Of a stretch of 64,000 nucleotides of DNA, positions 51,228 to 61,014 are shown in pieces. The notes under the pieces are model-generated. The model did no database searches. It had not been told where the DNA came from and saw only the letters and a list, made by a program, of their open reading frames with translations. The position numbers were made by a program, and so were the translations under genes. Source of the DNA: Patescibacteria group bacterium (GTDB lineage: Bacteria; Patescibacteriota; Minisyncoccia; UBA6257; JAAZHW01). How positions within the stretch are numbered: position 1 is the first letter of the stretch; every line of letters begins with the position of its first letter. The DNA lies in the NCBI GenBank assembly GCA_026415775.1, contig JAOAGL010000001.1:334233-398232 (forward strand), read 5' to 3'.

Positions 51228-51410
51228 ATGTTTCACCCCAAAGAAGAAGAGAAATGGATTTGCGCTGAATGTGGTGCTGAAATTACTGAATTACCATTTG
51301 ATCCCCGCCGGGATGAAGGTGGTAATGTCAGCGGTAATCTCTACTGCCGTGAGTGCCACAGAAAGAGACAATCCCAATTTCGAAATCGACGTGGTGGACG
51401 AAGATTCTAA
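51228..51410 (+). CDS. Small zinc-ribbon protein (CxxC-x21-CxxC), Arg-rich C-terminus; locally GC-rich
   Basis: Shine-Dalgarno-like AAGGAGA upstream of the ATG at 51228; ICAECGAEI...YCRECHRKRQSQFRNRRGGRRF; own terminator. The ORF track starts it at 51195. Confidence 0.45.
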   Translation: MFHPKEEEKWICAECGAEITELPFDPRRDEGGNVSGNLYCRECHRKRQSQFRNRRGGRRF

Positions 51411-51429
51411 CTCCTGTCACTTCACAACA

Positions 51430-51456
51430 AAACCCCGTTAAAAACGGGGTTTTGTT
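51430..51456 (+). terminator. Rho-independent terminator
   Basis: AACCCCGTT-aaaa-ACGGGGTTTTGTT. Confidence 0.6.
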
Positions 51457-51498
51457 ATCTTTAATAATGACCTTTTTTGCGTTATAATAAAAATAACT

Positions 51499-53076
51499 AT
51501 GACCATTTTAATTAAAAATGGCACCATAATAAATGGAAGCGGCAAAGAACCTTTTAAGGGGGATATTTTAATAAAAGACAAAAAAATAATTGATATTTCG
51601 TTTAATAAATCAATTAACAAAAAGGCTGAAAAAATCATTGATGCGTCTAATTTAATTATTACACCTGGTTTTATTGATATAAACAATGAATCCGATCACT
51701 GGTTAACGCTTTTAACTCAGAAGGAATTAGAAAGTTTAATCGCTCAAGGAATTACAAGTATTATTGTTGGTAATAACGGTTCATCTTTGGCGCCGGTTTT
51801 TAAAAACAGCTTAAAAAGTATCAGAAAATGGTCTAGTTTAAATGTTAATTTAAATTGGACATCAGTAGAAGAATTTTTGAAAACTTTAGAAAAACAAAAA
51901 ATTAGTTTGAATATTGGCACTCTCGTTGGTCACGCAACTATCAAACGAGGGATTTTAGAAGAGGAATTTAGGGATTTAATTGATTCCGAAATTAAACAAA
52001 TGCTTTATTTAATTGAAAAAAGTTTAGATGAAGGTGCGCTGGGTGTTTCAATGGGATTGCGTTTCAATCATTCTCGTTTGACTTCTTTTTCTGAAATTTT
52101 TTCAATTAGTGAAATAGTTAGAAAACATGATGCCATTCTTAATATCCAACCGCGATGGGAAAAACATGATATTTTATCTTTTATTAATGAAATTCATAAT
52201 TTAGTAAAAACAATCACAAATGCGGAACAATTAAAAATTTTAATTTCATACCTCCGCCCATATAAAGAAAATATAGATGAATTAAAATTATCTTTGGGAT
52301 TATTAGAAAAAATACGCGGTCAATACTGTCCAAATATTCATTTGGATGTTAACCCCTACACACTTGTCTCTAATCAAATGTATCTTTATTTGCCTGAGTG
52401 GCTTTTGTTTGGCAATTTTGAAATGATGGTTAGGGTATTATCTGAAAAAAATAATTATCAAAGAATTTTATCAGAATTAAAAGAGAAAAATTATGATTAT
52501 GGCAAAATGATAATATCTTCTGCTCAGAATAATATTTTTTACTTTAATGGAAAAAGTATTAAATTTTTAGCCAAAGAAAGAGGGGTAACACCAGAAGAAA
52601 TGTTTTTGGAAATTTTTAAAATTAGCAATGGAAGAGCGATGATTCTTTATGATGAAATTCTTTGGCCAGAACTTTTAGGATTAATGGAATTACCTTATAC
52701 AATCATCACATCTCAAAATGCCGGTTTAAATTTTTCAAATTTTTCCTTCTTGCCGCATATTGCGTCCATTAATACTTTTCCAAGATTTATTGGTTTAGTA
52801 AAAAGTGGTGTTATTAATATAAGTCTAAGCGAAGCCATCAAAAAAATTACTTTCGAACCAGCTTTGAAAATCGGCATAAAAAATAGGGGATTAATAACTA
52901 AAGATTATTTTGCGGATTTGGTTATAATAGATTTAAAAGAAATTGATTATGCGGTTGATTATAAAAACCCCACCCAAAAACCAAGGGGGATTAAAACGGT
53001 GTTAATAAATGGTCAGATAGTTTTTGAAAATGATCAATTTACAAATAATACGGCGGGTCAAATTTTAACTCGATAA
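51499..53076 (+). CDS. Amidohydrolase-superfamily protein (D-aminoacylase-like) lacking the N-terminal HxH metal-binding motif
   Basis: ILIKNGTIINGSG...ITPGFIDINNESDHW aligns with the D-aminoacylase PGFIDVHTHYD region, with HTH replaced by NNE; 525 aa. Confidence 0.6.
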   Translation: MTILIKNGTIINGSGKEPFKGDILIKDKKIIDISFNKSINKKAEKIIDASNLIITPGFIDINNESDHWLTLLTQKELESLIAQGITSIIVGNNGSSLAPVFKNSLKSIRKWSSLNVNLNWTSVEEFLKTLEKQKISLNIGTLVGHATIKRGILEEEFRDLIDSEIKQMLYLIEKSLDEGALGVSMGLRFNHSRLTSFSEIFSISEIVRKHDAILNIQPRWEKHDILSFINEIHNLVKTITNAEQLKILISYLRPYKENIDELKLSLGLLEKIRGQYCPNIHLDVNPYTLVSNQMYLYLPEWLLFGNFEMMVRVLSEKNNYQRILSELKEKNYDYGKMIISSAQNNIFYFNGKSIKFLAKERGVTPEEMFLEIFKISNGRAMILYDEILWPELLGLMELPYTIITSQNAGLNFSNFSFLPHIASINTFPRFIGLVKSGVINISLSEAIKKITFEPALKIGIKNRGLITKDYFADLVIIDLKEIDYAVDYKNPTQKPRGIKTVLINGQIVFENDQFTNNTAGQILTR

Positions 53077-53091
53077 TTTCTAAATTTTAAA

Positions 53092-54228
53092 ATGCAATCA
53101 CGCTCAACTATTACCATTACGTTTATTATTACTGTTGTCATAATAGTTCTTTCGGGACTGTTTATTCTAACCAGTGCCTCAATGATTTTGGGTCGAACTA
53201 ATTTTAATGACCCTTATTATTATTTAAAACAGCAGGTTTTAAAAGGGATTTCTTTGGGAATTATTGGTTTTGTTCTCGCATATAAAATCCCTTACACTAA
53301 ATATAAAAAATTTATTCCCTTGCTTTTTGTTGTTTCTATTATCGCCACCATCTTAGTTTTTACTCCGTTAGGTTTGGAATTCAACAATGCGAGACGTTGG
53401 TTAAAAATCGGCTCTTTTTCTTTTCAGCCTGCTGAATTATTAAAAATAAGTTTTATTTTATATTTGAGTTTGTGGCTTTCTAATAAAAATCAGAAAGAGA
53501 AAAATTCAATAAGTACAATTATAGCTTTTGTTTCGATGATAGGTGTTATTGGAGTAATATTAATTTCCCAACCAGCAACCAGCTCCTTTTTAATATTATT
53601 AGCTGCCAGCGCCATAATATTTTTTATCAGCGGAATTAAATTACGAAATATCATTTTACTAACAATGATCGGAATTTTATTGTTGGTTCTTGGTTTTATA
53701 ATTCTGAAAAAAATCAATCCCAATGATTATAGAATTCAAAGAATCAATCATTATTTATTAATGTTTCAATCTGAAGATGATTTAAACGATAAGGATTTAG
53801 ATAATAAAAATTATCAACTAAATCAATCACTTATGGCTATTGGTTCAGGAGGGTTGTGGGGTGTTGGCTTTGGAAATGCGGTAAGTAAATATAATAATTA
53901 TTTACCAGAACCGATTGGCGATTCAATTTTTGCAATTTTTGCACAAGAATTTGGTTTAATAGGAAGTTTCATTCTTATTTTATTTTATTTAACACTCTTT
54001 TTACTTGGTTTAAAGATTAGTTTAAATATCTCGGATGAATTCGCAAAATTAGCTTCGTTTGGAATTATATCTTTAATAATAATCCAAGCGTTTGTCCATA
54101 TTGGATCCATTTCCGGCCTTTTTGTTTTAACAGGACAACCACTTCCGTTAATAAGTTATGGTGGAACAAATCTAGCGATTATTTTGACATCTTTGGGAAT
54201 AGTTGCTAATATATCTAAAAATGGGTGA
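53092..54228 (+). CDS. ftsW: SEDS-family peptidoglycan glycosyltransferase FtsW/RodA
   Basis: 378 aa, about 10 TM helices. Contains ...LMAIGSGGLWGVGFGNA... and PEPIGDSIFAIF motifs; immediately upstream of murG. Confidence 0.8.
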   Translation: MQSRSTITITFIITVVIIVLSGLFILTSASMILGRTNFNDPYYYLKQQVLKGISLGIIGFVLAYKIPYTKYKKFIPLLFVVSIIATILVFTPLGLEFNNARRWLKIGSFSFQPAELLKISFILYLSLWLSNKNQKEKNSISTIIAFVSMIGVIGVILISQPATSSFLILLAASAIIFFISGIKLRNIILLTMIGILLLVLGFIILKKINPNDYRIQRINHYLLMFQSEDDLNDKDLDNKNYQLNQSLMAIGSGGLWGVGFGNAVSKYNNYLPEPIGDSIFAIFAQEFGLIGSFILILFYLTLFLLGLKISLNISDEFAKLASFGIISLIIIQAFVHIGSISGLFVLTGQPLPLISYGGTNLAIILTSLGIVANISKNG

Positions 54229-54241
54229 AAAACACAAAAAT

Positions 54242-55420
54242 ATGCCAAAGGAAATCAATTTGCGAGAATTAAAATTAAAAATTGCTTTAGCTGGCGGCGG
54301 AACCGGAGGTCATACCTATCCTTTAATTGCTGTTTATCGCCAATTAAAAAAATTTTGCGAAAGCCATTTAATTATTTTGGATGCTTTTTATATTGGCCCC
54401 AATTCTTTTAATGAAGAAGTTTTTACAAAAGAAGGAATAAGGATTGTAAAAATTACCAGTGGCAAATGGCGAAATTATTTTTCACCATTAAATTTTATTG
54501 ATGTTTTTAAATTAGTGTTTGGAACTTTTCAGGCCTTTTTTAAATTATGGAAACGAATGCCGGATATAATTTTTAGTAAAGGAGGATATGGTGCTCTTCC
54601 GACTGTTATTGCTGGTTATTTACTAGGAATTCCCATAGTTATTCATGAATCAGATGCCGCGCCTGGCAAAAGCAATAAAATAGCAGCTATTTTTGCAAAG
54701 AAAATAGCTTTGGCGTTTGAAACAACAAAGAGATATTTCTTACCCGAAAAAACCGTTGTGGTTGGCAATCCAATTCGAGATTCAATACTTCATAATAACA
54801 TTTCTCAGGAAGACGGAAAAAAATATTTTGGTTTTTTGCCAGACAAACCTTTAGTTGTTTTTCTTGGCGGATCACAAGGCAGCCAAAGGATTAACGATTT
54901 AGTTTTAGACTGCATTGAAAATTTATTAAAAAATGATATTCAAATTCTTCATCAGGCTGGCCCGAAAAACTATAAAGAGATATTTCTTGAATCAAAATTA
55001 ATCCTGGATTTTTTACCGGATCCTTATCCTAAATTTTATCAAGTTCGAGATTTTCTTAATGAAAAAGATTACTTATATGCTTTAGCGGGTGCTGATTTAA
55101 TAGTTTCTCGAGCTGGTAGTGGAGCGGTTTTTGAAATTGCCGCTGCCAAAAAACCTTCAATTCTAATCCCACTACCAGAAGCAGCGCACAATCATCAATA
55201 TCTTAATGCTATTGAATACGCTCGTTATAACGCAACAATAATGTTAGAAGAAAAAAATGCAACCCCTAATTTATTAATAAAACACATTCTAGATATTCTA
55301 AAGAATAATCCGAATCAAAAAGCATTAATGATAAATGGCGCCAAACTTTTTATTAAAAAAGATGCCACCGAAGAAATTACTAAAATCATTTTTGAAACAT
55401 TACAAATATATTTTGAATAA
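54242..55420 (+). CDS. murG: UDP-GlcNAc:undecaprenyl-PP-MurNAc-pentapeptide GlcNAc transferase
   Basis: ALAGGGTGGHTYPLIAV is the MurG G-loop; GT-B fold; the ATG at 54242 follows the ftsW stop. Confidence 0.85.
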   Translation: MPKEINLRELKLKIALAGGGTGGHTYPLIAVYRQLKKFCESHLIILDAFYIGPNSFNEEVFTKEGIRIVKITSGKWRNYFSPLNFIDVFKLVFGTFQAFFKLWKRMPDIIFSKGGYGALPTVIAGYLLGIPIVIHESDAAPGKSNKIAAIFAKKIALAFETTKRYFLPEKTVVVGNPIRDSILHNNISQEDGKKYFGFLPDKPLVVFLGGSQGSQRINDLVLDCIENLLKNDIQILHQAGPKNYKEIFLESKLILDFLPDPYPKFYQVRDFLNEKDYLYALAGADLIVSRAGSGAVFEIAAAKKPSILIPLPEAAHNHQYLNAIEYARYNATIMLEEKNATPNLLIKHILDILKNNPNQKALMINGAKLFIKKDATEEITKIIFETLQIYFE

Positions 55421-55422
55421 AT

Positions 55423-56919
55423 ATGGTTCCAGCAAAACAAAAGATAATTAAAAATCCTCGTGTTCGTATTGCTCCTTCGCCAACTGGCTATTTTCATATC
55501 GGGACTGCCCGCACAGCTTTATTCAATTTTCTTTTTGCCAAAAAATATGAAGGAAAGTTTATTTTAAGAATTGAGGATACCGATGTAGAACGTTCGAAAC
55601 CAGAATTTGAAAGGGATATTATCGAAGGCATGAAATGGTTAGGATTGTTATGGGATGAAGGGGTTGAAATAGGTGGGGAGTATGGTCCTTATCGCCAAAG
55701 TGAAAAAAAAGAAATATATGAGAAATATCTAAAAGAATTAATTGATAAAGGCGCAGCATATTATTGTTTTTGTTCAGCCGAAGAGTTGGAAGTTAAACGC
55801 CAAGAAATGATGAGTAGGGGAGTTGCGCCTATCTATGATGGGACCTGCCGTAATTTATCAAAAAAAGAGATTGAAGAGAAACTAAAAAACAAAACCCCTT
55901 TTGTTATTCGTTTGAAAATACCCGAAAAAGAAATAATATTTAATGACTTAATTCGTGGCAAAGTTAAATTTGATACAAAATTAATAGGGGACTTTATTAT
56001 TGCCAAAAACTTTCAAAACCCTCTTTATAATTTCAGCGTAGTAGTTGATGATTATGAAATGAAAATTTCTCATGTTATTCGAGGCGAAGAACATTTATCA
56101 AATACACCAAAACAACTGGCTATTTATGAAGCCCTGGGTTGGTCAGTCCCGGAATTTGCCCATCTCCCCCTCATTTTAAATCCCGACAGAAGCAAAATGT
56201 CCAAAAGATTTGGCGATGTTGCCTTAAAAGATTTTCGTAAAAAAGGATATCTACCCCAGGCTATTCTTAACTTTTTACTTTATCTAGGTTGGCACCCTAA
56301 AGAAGAAGTTGGAAAGCCAATCAATGAAATTCTTGATTTAGAAGAAATGATAGAACAATTTGATTTTTTCCGCATTCAAAAAGCTGGCGCTATTTTTAAT
56401 ATCGAAAAATTAAATTGGATTAATACCGAACATATTAAAAAACTATCGCTTGATGAACTAACACTTCAAGTTATGCCGTTTTTAAAAGAGAAATTTGGCG
56501 AATCTCTTCTAACAAATATGGAATTGATTAAAAAAGTAGTGGATTTACATCGTCAAAGAATAAAAACATTAAATGAATTACCTGAAATTGCATCATATTT
56601 TTTTGTTTTGCCTGATTATAATGCCGATTTACTTTATTGGCAAAATATGGAAAAAAGCCAATTAATGGATAATCTTGACTATTTATATAATTTATTTTCT
56701 AATTTAGAACCTAAACTTTTTACAAAACAACAATTAGAAACCTTGATTATGCCAGAAGCGGAAAAAAGAGGTAGGGGAACAATTTTATGGCCTTTAAGAG
56801 TGGCACTTAGCGGACTCAAAAATTCTGCGGGTCCTTTTGAAATTGCCGAAATTTTAGGAAAAACTGAAACATTAAGACGTTTAAATCTTGCTCGAGAAAA
56901 AGTAAAAAATCAAAATTAA
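55423..56919 (+). CDS. gltX: Glutamyl-tRNA synthetase
   Basis: Class I HIGH (FHIGTARTALFN) and KMSKR motifs; 498 aa. Confidence 0.9.
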   Translation: MVPAKQKIIKNPRVRIAPSPTGYFHIGTARTALFNFLFAKKYEGKFILRIEDTDVERSKPEFERDIIEGMKWLGLLWDEGVEIGGEYGPYRQSEKKEIYEKYLKELIDKGAAYYCFCSAEELEVKRQEMMSRGVAPIYDGTCRNLSKKEIEEKLKNKTPFVIRLKIPEKEIIFNDLIRGKVKFDTKLIGDFIIAKNFQNPLYNFSVVVDDYEMKISHVIRGEEHLSNTPKQLAIYEALGWSVPEFAHLPLILNPDRSKMSKRFGDVALKDFRKKGYLPQAILNFLLYLGWHPKEEVGKPINEILDLEEMIEQFDFFRIQKAGAIFNIEKLNWINTEHIKKLSLDELTLQVMPFLKEKFGESLLTNMELIKKVVDLHRQRIKTLNELPEIASYFFVLPDYNADLLYWQNMEKSQLMDNLDYLYNLFSNLEPKLFTKQQLETLIMPEAEKRGRGTILWPLRVALSGLKNSAGPFEIAEILGKTETLRRLNLAREKVKNQN

Positions 56920-58191
56920 ATGCGTACATTCGCTAAGAATATCTTTAAAATATTTTTAATTTTTTGTCTTGTTTTGGTTTTGGGTTTAAATAATATTTCG
57001 GCTGTTACTTATCAAGAACTCCAAAAACAAATCGATGCTAAAAAGGCGGAGATTAATCAGTTAATTCAACAGGCTGAAATTTATAATGCCGAACTTGAAA
57101 AAACACAAGCTACTTCTAAAACACTCAGCAACGAACTTAAAAGAATTCAAAATAATTTAAATAATATTAATTACAAAATCAAAATAAACGAAGTTCAAAT
57201 TGAAAAACTAACGCTTGAACTAGAACAATTAGAAATGGATATCGGCAATACAAGCGAGGAAATCAACATCAAAAAGGTTATTCTTGCAAAAACACTGCAA
57301 AATCTCTACGAAAAAAATAAAGAATTGGACCCCCTTATTATTGTTTTAAAAAATATGAAAATTTCTGATGCGCTTTCTGAAATTAACAATATTCAAAATA
57401 TAAGCATTAATTTGCAAATAACATTAGATGAATTGGAGGGTTTAAAAGAAAATTTAACAAATAAACAGACGGATACAGCTCGCAAAAAACAAGAATTAGA
57501 ACAAACAAGAATCAATTTGAATAATCAAAAAAGAATAGTTTTGGCTTTGCAAGATGAAAAAACTACCTTATTAAATAAAACTAAAAATCAAGAAAAAAAC
57601 TATCAAACCCTCTTGGAAAATATTGAAAAACAAAGATCGGAAATTGAGTTAGAAATATCTCGCTTAGAAGAAGCATTAAAAGCCCAGATTGATCCATCAT
57701 TGCTACCATCAGCACGCGCTGGTTTGCTTTTGTGGCCGGTTAGCAATCCTGTTATTACTCAAGGCTTTGGGGTTACAAGCGCTTCCAAATATTTCTATAA
57801 TATAGGACGATACAAAACACCCACTCATAATGGAATTGATTTAAAAGCCAGCCTTGGCACGCCAATTTATGCAGCAGAAGATGGGGAAGTAATAGCGGTT
57901 GGTAATCAAGATTTATATTGCTACAAAGGAGCATATGGTAAGTATGTGGTTATAAGACATTATAATAATTTGACGACCTTATATGCCCATTTATCGTTGC
58001 AAACAGTTAAAAAAGGCGATATAGTTAAAAGAGGAGATATCATAGGATACAGCGGGAGTTCCGGCTTTGCCACCGGCCCACACTTACATTTTACTGTTTA
58101 TTTTTCTCCAACATTTCAAATGACCGGAAGTGCTTCGTGTGGTCCAATGCCCATTGGCGCTCCGGTTAATCCGCTTCCGTATCTCCAGTAA
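56920..58191 (+). CDS. M23-family metallopeptidase with N-terminal signal/TM and long coiled-coil (EnvC-like)
   Basis: HNGIDLKASLGTPIYAAEDGEV...GPHLHFTVY has M23 zinc ligands; residues 30-250 are heptad-rich. Confidence 0.8.
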   Translation: MRTFAKNIFKIFLIFCLVLVLGLNNISAVTYQELQKQIDAKKAEINQLIQQAEIYNAELEKTQATSKTLSNELKRIQNNLNNINYKIKINEVQIEKLTLELEQLEMDIGNTSEEINIKKVILAKTLQNLYEKNKELDPLIIVLKNMKISDALSEINNIQNISINLQITLDELEGLKENLTNKQTDTARKKQELEQTRINLNNQKRIVLALQDEKTTLLNKTKNQEKNYQTLLENIEKQRSEIELEISRLEEALKAQIDPSLLPSARAGLLLWPVSNPVITQGFGVTSASKYFYNIGRYKTPTHNGIDLKASLGTPIYAAEDGEVIAVGNQDLYCYKGAYGKYVVIRHYNNLTTLYAHLSLQTVKKGDIVKRGDIIGYSGSSGFATGPHLHFTVYFSPTFQMTGSASCGPMPIGAPVNPLPYLQ

Positions 58192-58225
58192 TTAAAAATT
58201 GTGCGACATATATTAAATTTAAATT

Positions 58226-58675
58226 ATGCTCGGCAATCATAAATCTCCAATTCTCATTTATTTCATTGTCTTTGTAATTTTTTTCTTAATTGCCAACAAT
58301 GAAGCGCATTCGCAAAACGCTACAAACATCCAGACAACCATAAGGAATTCCTGGTATAATTTATTACCGAATTTTATAAAAAATTTTATTCATAATATAA
58401 CTAATTTCACTGAAGAAAAATTAAATCCATCCATACAAAATGAAGTTGGAGACATAGTAAATAATCCCACCAATCAATCTGCTCAACAAACATTTTTTAA
58501 TAAAATAAAAAACCGATTATCAAGCTTATCCAAGGAAATTAATAATTTTTTTAAAGTAGATATTGGTAGCGCTTTTAAAAAAATAATGAATTTATTTATT
58601 TATGGATTTAATAAAGGAGTGGAGTTTATAAGAAATCTATTTTCTTGCCAATATTTCTTCAACTATAATTGTTAG
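58226..58675 (+). CDS. Hypothetical secreted/membrane-anchored protein
   Basis: 149 aa; N-terminal hydrophobic segment; Asn-rich; no motif recognised. Confidence 0.45.
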   Translation: MLGNHKSPILIYFIVFVIFFLIANNEAHSQNATNIQTTIRNSWYNLLPNFIKNFIHNITNFTEEKLNPSIQNEVGDIVNNPTNQSAQQTFFNKIKNRLSSLSKEINNFFKVDIGSAFKKIMNLFIYGFNKGVEFIRNLFSCQYFFNYNC

Positions 58676-58737
58676 TTAAGTAGTAAATAGTAAAGAAAAA
58701 GTCATAAATAATGAGAGGGATTTCTTTAAAAATCCTT

Positions 58738-58780
58738 AAACACGTCGCAAAATCTACCTTGTGCGACGTGTTTGATTTTT
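58738..58780 (+). terminator. Rho-independent terminator
   Basis: AAACACGTCGCA-(12 nt loop)-TGCGACGTGTTTGATTTTT. Confidence 0.6.
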
Positions 58781-58882
58781 CTAAAAAACAATAAAAATCC
58801 CGCCATATATCTTTCCTACCGATCTCCTAGGCTATTATTTTTATCTTTATAATTTTATTTTTCTTTTTATAATTAATTAAAT

Positions 58883-60058
58883 ATGCGTACTTCCTATTCT
58901 AATTTAGAAATATTTGAAAATTGTCCAAAACGTTATGAATTTCAAGTAATTGAAAAAATTAAAACCCCTCAAAGCAAGGAGCAATTTTTAGGTACCATTT
59001 TACATAAATGCCTAGCTTTTCTTTACAAAAGGGCCCCTCTATTTCCCCACCTCGATGAATTGCTTGATTATTTTAAAACGCAATGGAAGGAGGCAGAAAA
59101 ATTTAAATGGCGTGATAACTATGAAAAAGAGGCCTACTTTAAAGAAGGTTTAAGAGTTTTAGAAAATTTTTACAAAAAAAATATCCCCTCTTTTGCTATT
59201 CCAATGGACTTGGAAAGTTATTTTGAAACCGAAATTGAAGATGAAGCAAATAATACCATCCACATTTTAACGGGTCGTATTGATCGCATCGATAAAAAAG
59301 AAGATGAAACATTTGAGATTATTGATTATAAAACAAATAAAAAAATGCCAGCCGAAGCAAATTTAAAAAATAATTTACAGCTAGCAGTTTATATTTTGGG
59401 TTTTTTAAAAAAATGGCCAAATTTAACCTCAATCGACAAAATTAACCTCACCCTCTATTATTTAAAACACGGCGAAAAACTTACAGGCAAAAAAAATGAA
59501 GAAGATATTTTACTAACCAAAAAGCGCGTTCTCAAAAATATTCATGAAATTGAAAAAAACTACTTCCCCCCTATTCCTTCTAAATTATGTCATTCCTGTC
59601 CCTATCGAAAGATTTGTCCGATGTGGTCACATTTATATCAAAAAGAAAAGACACCCGAAGAGACAGAAATAAAAAAATTAATTACTGAATATTTTAAATT
59701 AAAAGAAGAGGTTGATAATAATAAAGCTAAGTTAGAAGAAATTAAAAAACAGATTAATCATTATGCTCAAGAAAAAAATTTAGAAAGAATTTTCGGCGAT
59801 GAAGGCTTCTTTTCTTATCAAATACAACAAATTAAAGAATATGATAACGAACAATTAAAAAACCTTTTGATTAAAACAGGTTTATGGACAGAAGTTTCTA
59901 TGCTAGACAAGAAAAAGTTGGAGAAATTGCTAAAAAAAATAGATTCTTCCCTACTTCAACAAATTGAACAATTACAAAAAATAAAAAATCGCAAAATTTT
60001 GAAAGCTATTAAGAAAGACATTGAAATAATAAAAAGCACGCTTAATGAAGAAGAATAA
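58883..60058 (+). CDS. Cas4-like / RecB-family PD-(D/E)XK nuclease with Fe-S cysteines and C-terminal coiled-coil extension
   Basis: GRIDRID...FEIIDYKTNK is the D...EhhDYKT nuclease core; QLAVY motif; Cys ligands C14 plus CHSCPYRKICP (C-x2-C-x5-C). Confidence 0.6.
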   Translation: MRTSYSNLEIFENCPKRYEFQVIEKIKTPQSKEQFLGTILHKCLAFLYKRAPLFPHLDELLDYFKTQWKEAEKFKWRDNYEKEAYFKEGLRVLENFYKKNIPSFAIPMDLESYFETEIEDEANNTIHILTGRIDRIDKKEDETFEIIDYKTNKKMPAEANLKNNLQLAVYILGFLKKWPNLTSIDKINLTLYYLKHGEKLTGKKNEEDILLTKKRVLKNIHEIEKNYFPPIPSKLCHSCPYRKICPMWSHLYQKEKTPEETEIKKLITEYFKLKEEVDNNKAKLEEIKKQINHYAQEKNLERIFGDEGFFSYQIQQIKEYDNEQLKNLLIKTGLWTEVSMLDKKKLEKLLKKIDSSLLQQIEQLQKIKNRKILKAIKKDIEIIKSTLNEEE

Positions 60059-60297
60059 AATTTATTCTGAGCACTTTTCAATAATAATCGGAGTTTTTTG
60101 AACAAAATTTATTGCAAATAAATAGCCCAGAGCAAAACTAATTGTGACGATTAGAAAAATGAAAATCGCTATAATAAACACTCTTTTATTATTTGAAAAA
60201 AATTCTCTAAGTTGCATTTTTTTAAAAAATATGTAAAATATTCTTTTGAAATTGAAAGTCGGTTATGTTATTTTAATTTTTATTATATCAAAAATTT

Positions 60298-60570
60298 ATG
60301 GCCCATACAAAATCCGGTGGCTCAACAAGATTAGGAAGAGATTCCGAGGCAAAACGCTTAGGGGTTAAATTATTTGATGGTCAAAAAGCAAAAAAAGGTG
60401 CTATTATTGTTCGTCAAAGAGGAGAAACTATTAAAGCAGGTAAAAACGTTGCCGTTGGCAAAGATTACACTCTTTATGCATTAAAAGATGGAGTTGTTAA
60501 ATTTTCTGAGAAGCAAAAAAGCAATTTTGATGGCTCAAAAAAACGCATCAAAATTGTTTCAGTTATTTAG
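60298..60570 (+). CDS. rpmA: 50S ribosomal protein L27
   Basis: [24 protein letters not shown] is the canonical L27 N-terminus. Confidence 0.9.
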   Translation: MAHTKSGGSTRLGRDSEAKRLGVKLFDGQKAKKGAIIVRQRGETIKAGKNVAVGKDYTLYALKDGVVKFSEKQKSNFDGSKKRIKIVSVI

Positions 60571-61013
60571 TTTACTCCCATTATTTTAATTTTTAATTCA
60601 GTCTCGATTTTGGGACTGAATTTTATTTTTATTAAATAATCCCCCACTTCTTTTAAGGGTTTATCTAGAATAATTTGTTTTTCTTCTATTTCAATTCCCC
60701 GTTTTTTTAATTCTTCAATAATTTTATCTTTATGTAAAGAGCCAAACAGTTTGCCGTTTTTATCCGCTTTTATTTGAAATTGTAATTGCTCATCTCTTAT
60801 TGTTTTTGCTAATTCTTTAAATTTCTGTTCCTGTTGTTGTTTAAATAAATCCTCCTGTTTTTTTAAAATTTCTATTTCTTTAATTTTTTCTGGCGTGGCA
60901 ATTACGGCTAAATTTTTTGGTATCAAAAAATTTCGCGCGTAACCATCAGCTACTTCCTTAATTTCATTTTTTTTGCCCAACTTAGGGACATCAACCAATA
61001 AAACAACTTTCAT
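60567..61013 (-). CDS. rplI: 50S ribosomal protein L9
   Basis: [36 protein letters not shown] is the canonical L9 N-domain. Confidence 0.85.
   Translation of the reverse strand: MKVVLLVDVPKLGKKNEIKEVADGYARNFLIPKNLAVIATPEKIKEIEILKKQEDLFKQQQEQKFKELAKTIRDEQLQFQIKADKNGKLFGSLHKDKIIEELKKRGIEIEEKQIILDKPLKEVGDYLIKIKFSPKIETELKIKIMGVN
60595..60625. terminator. Bidirectional terminator hairpin between convergent rpmA and rplI
   Basis: TTCAGTCTC-gattttg-GGACTGAA flanked by T/A runs. Confidence 0.5.
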
Positions 61014-61014
61014 A

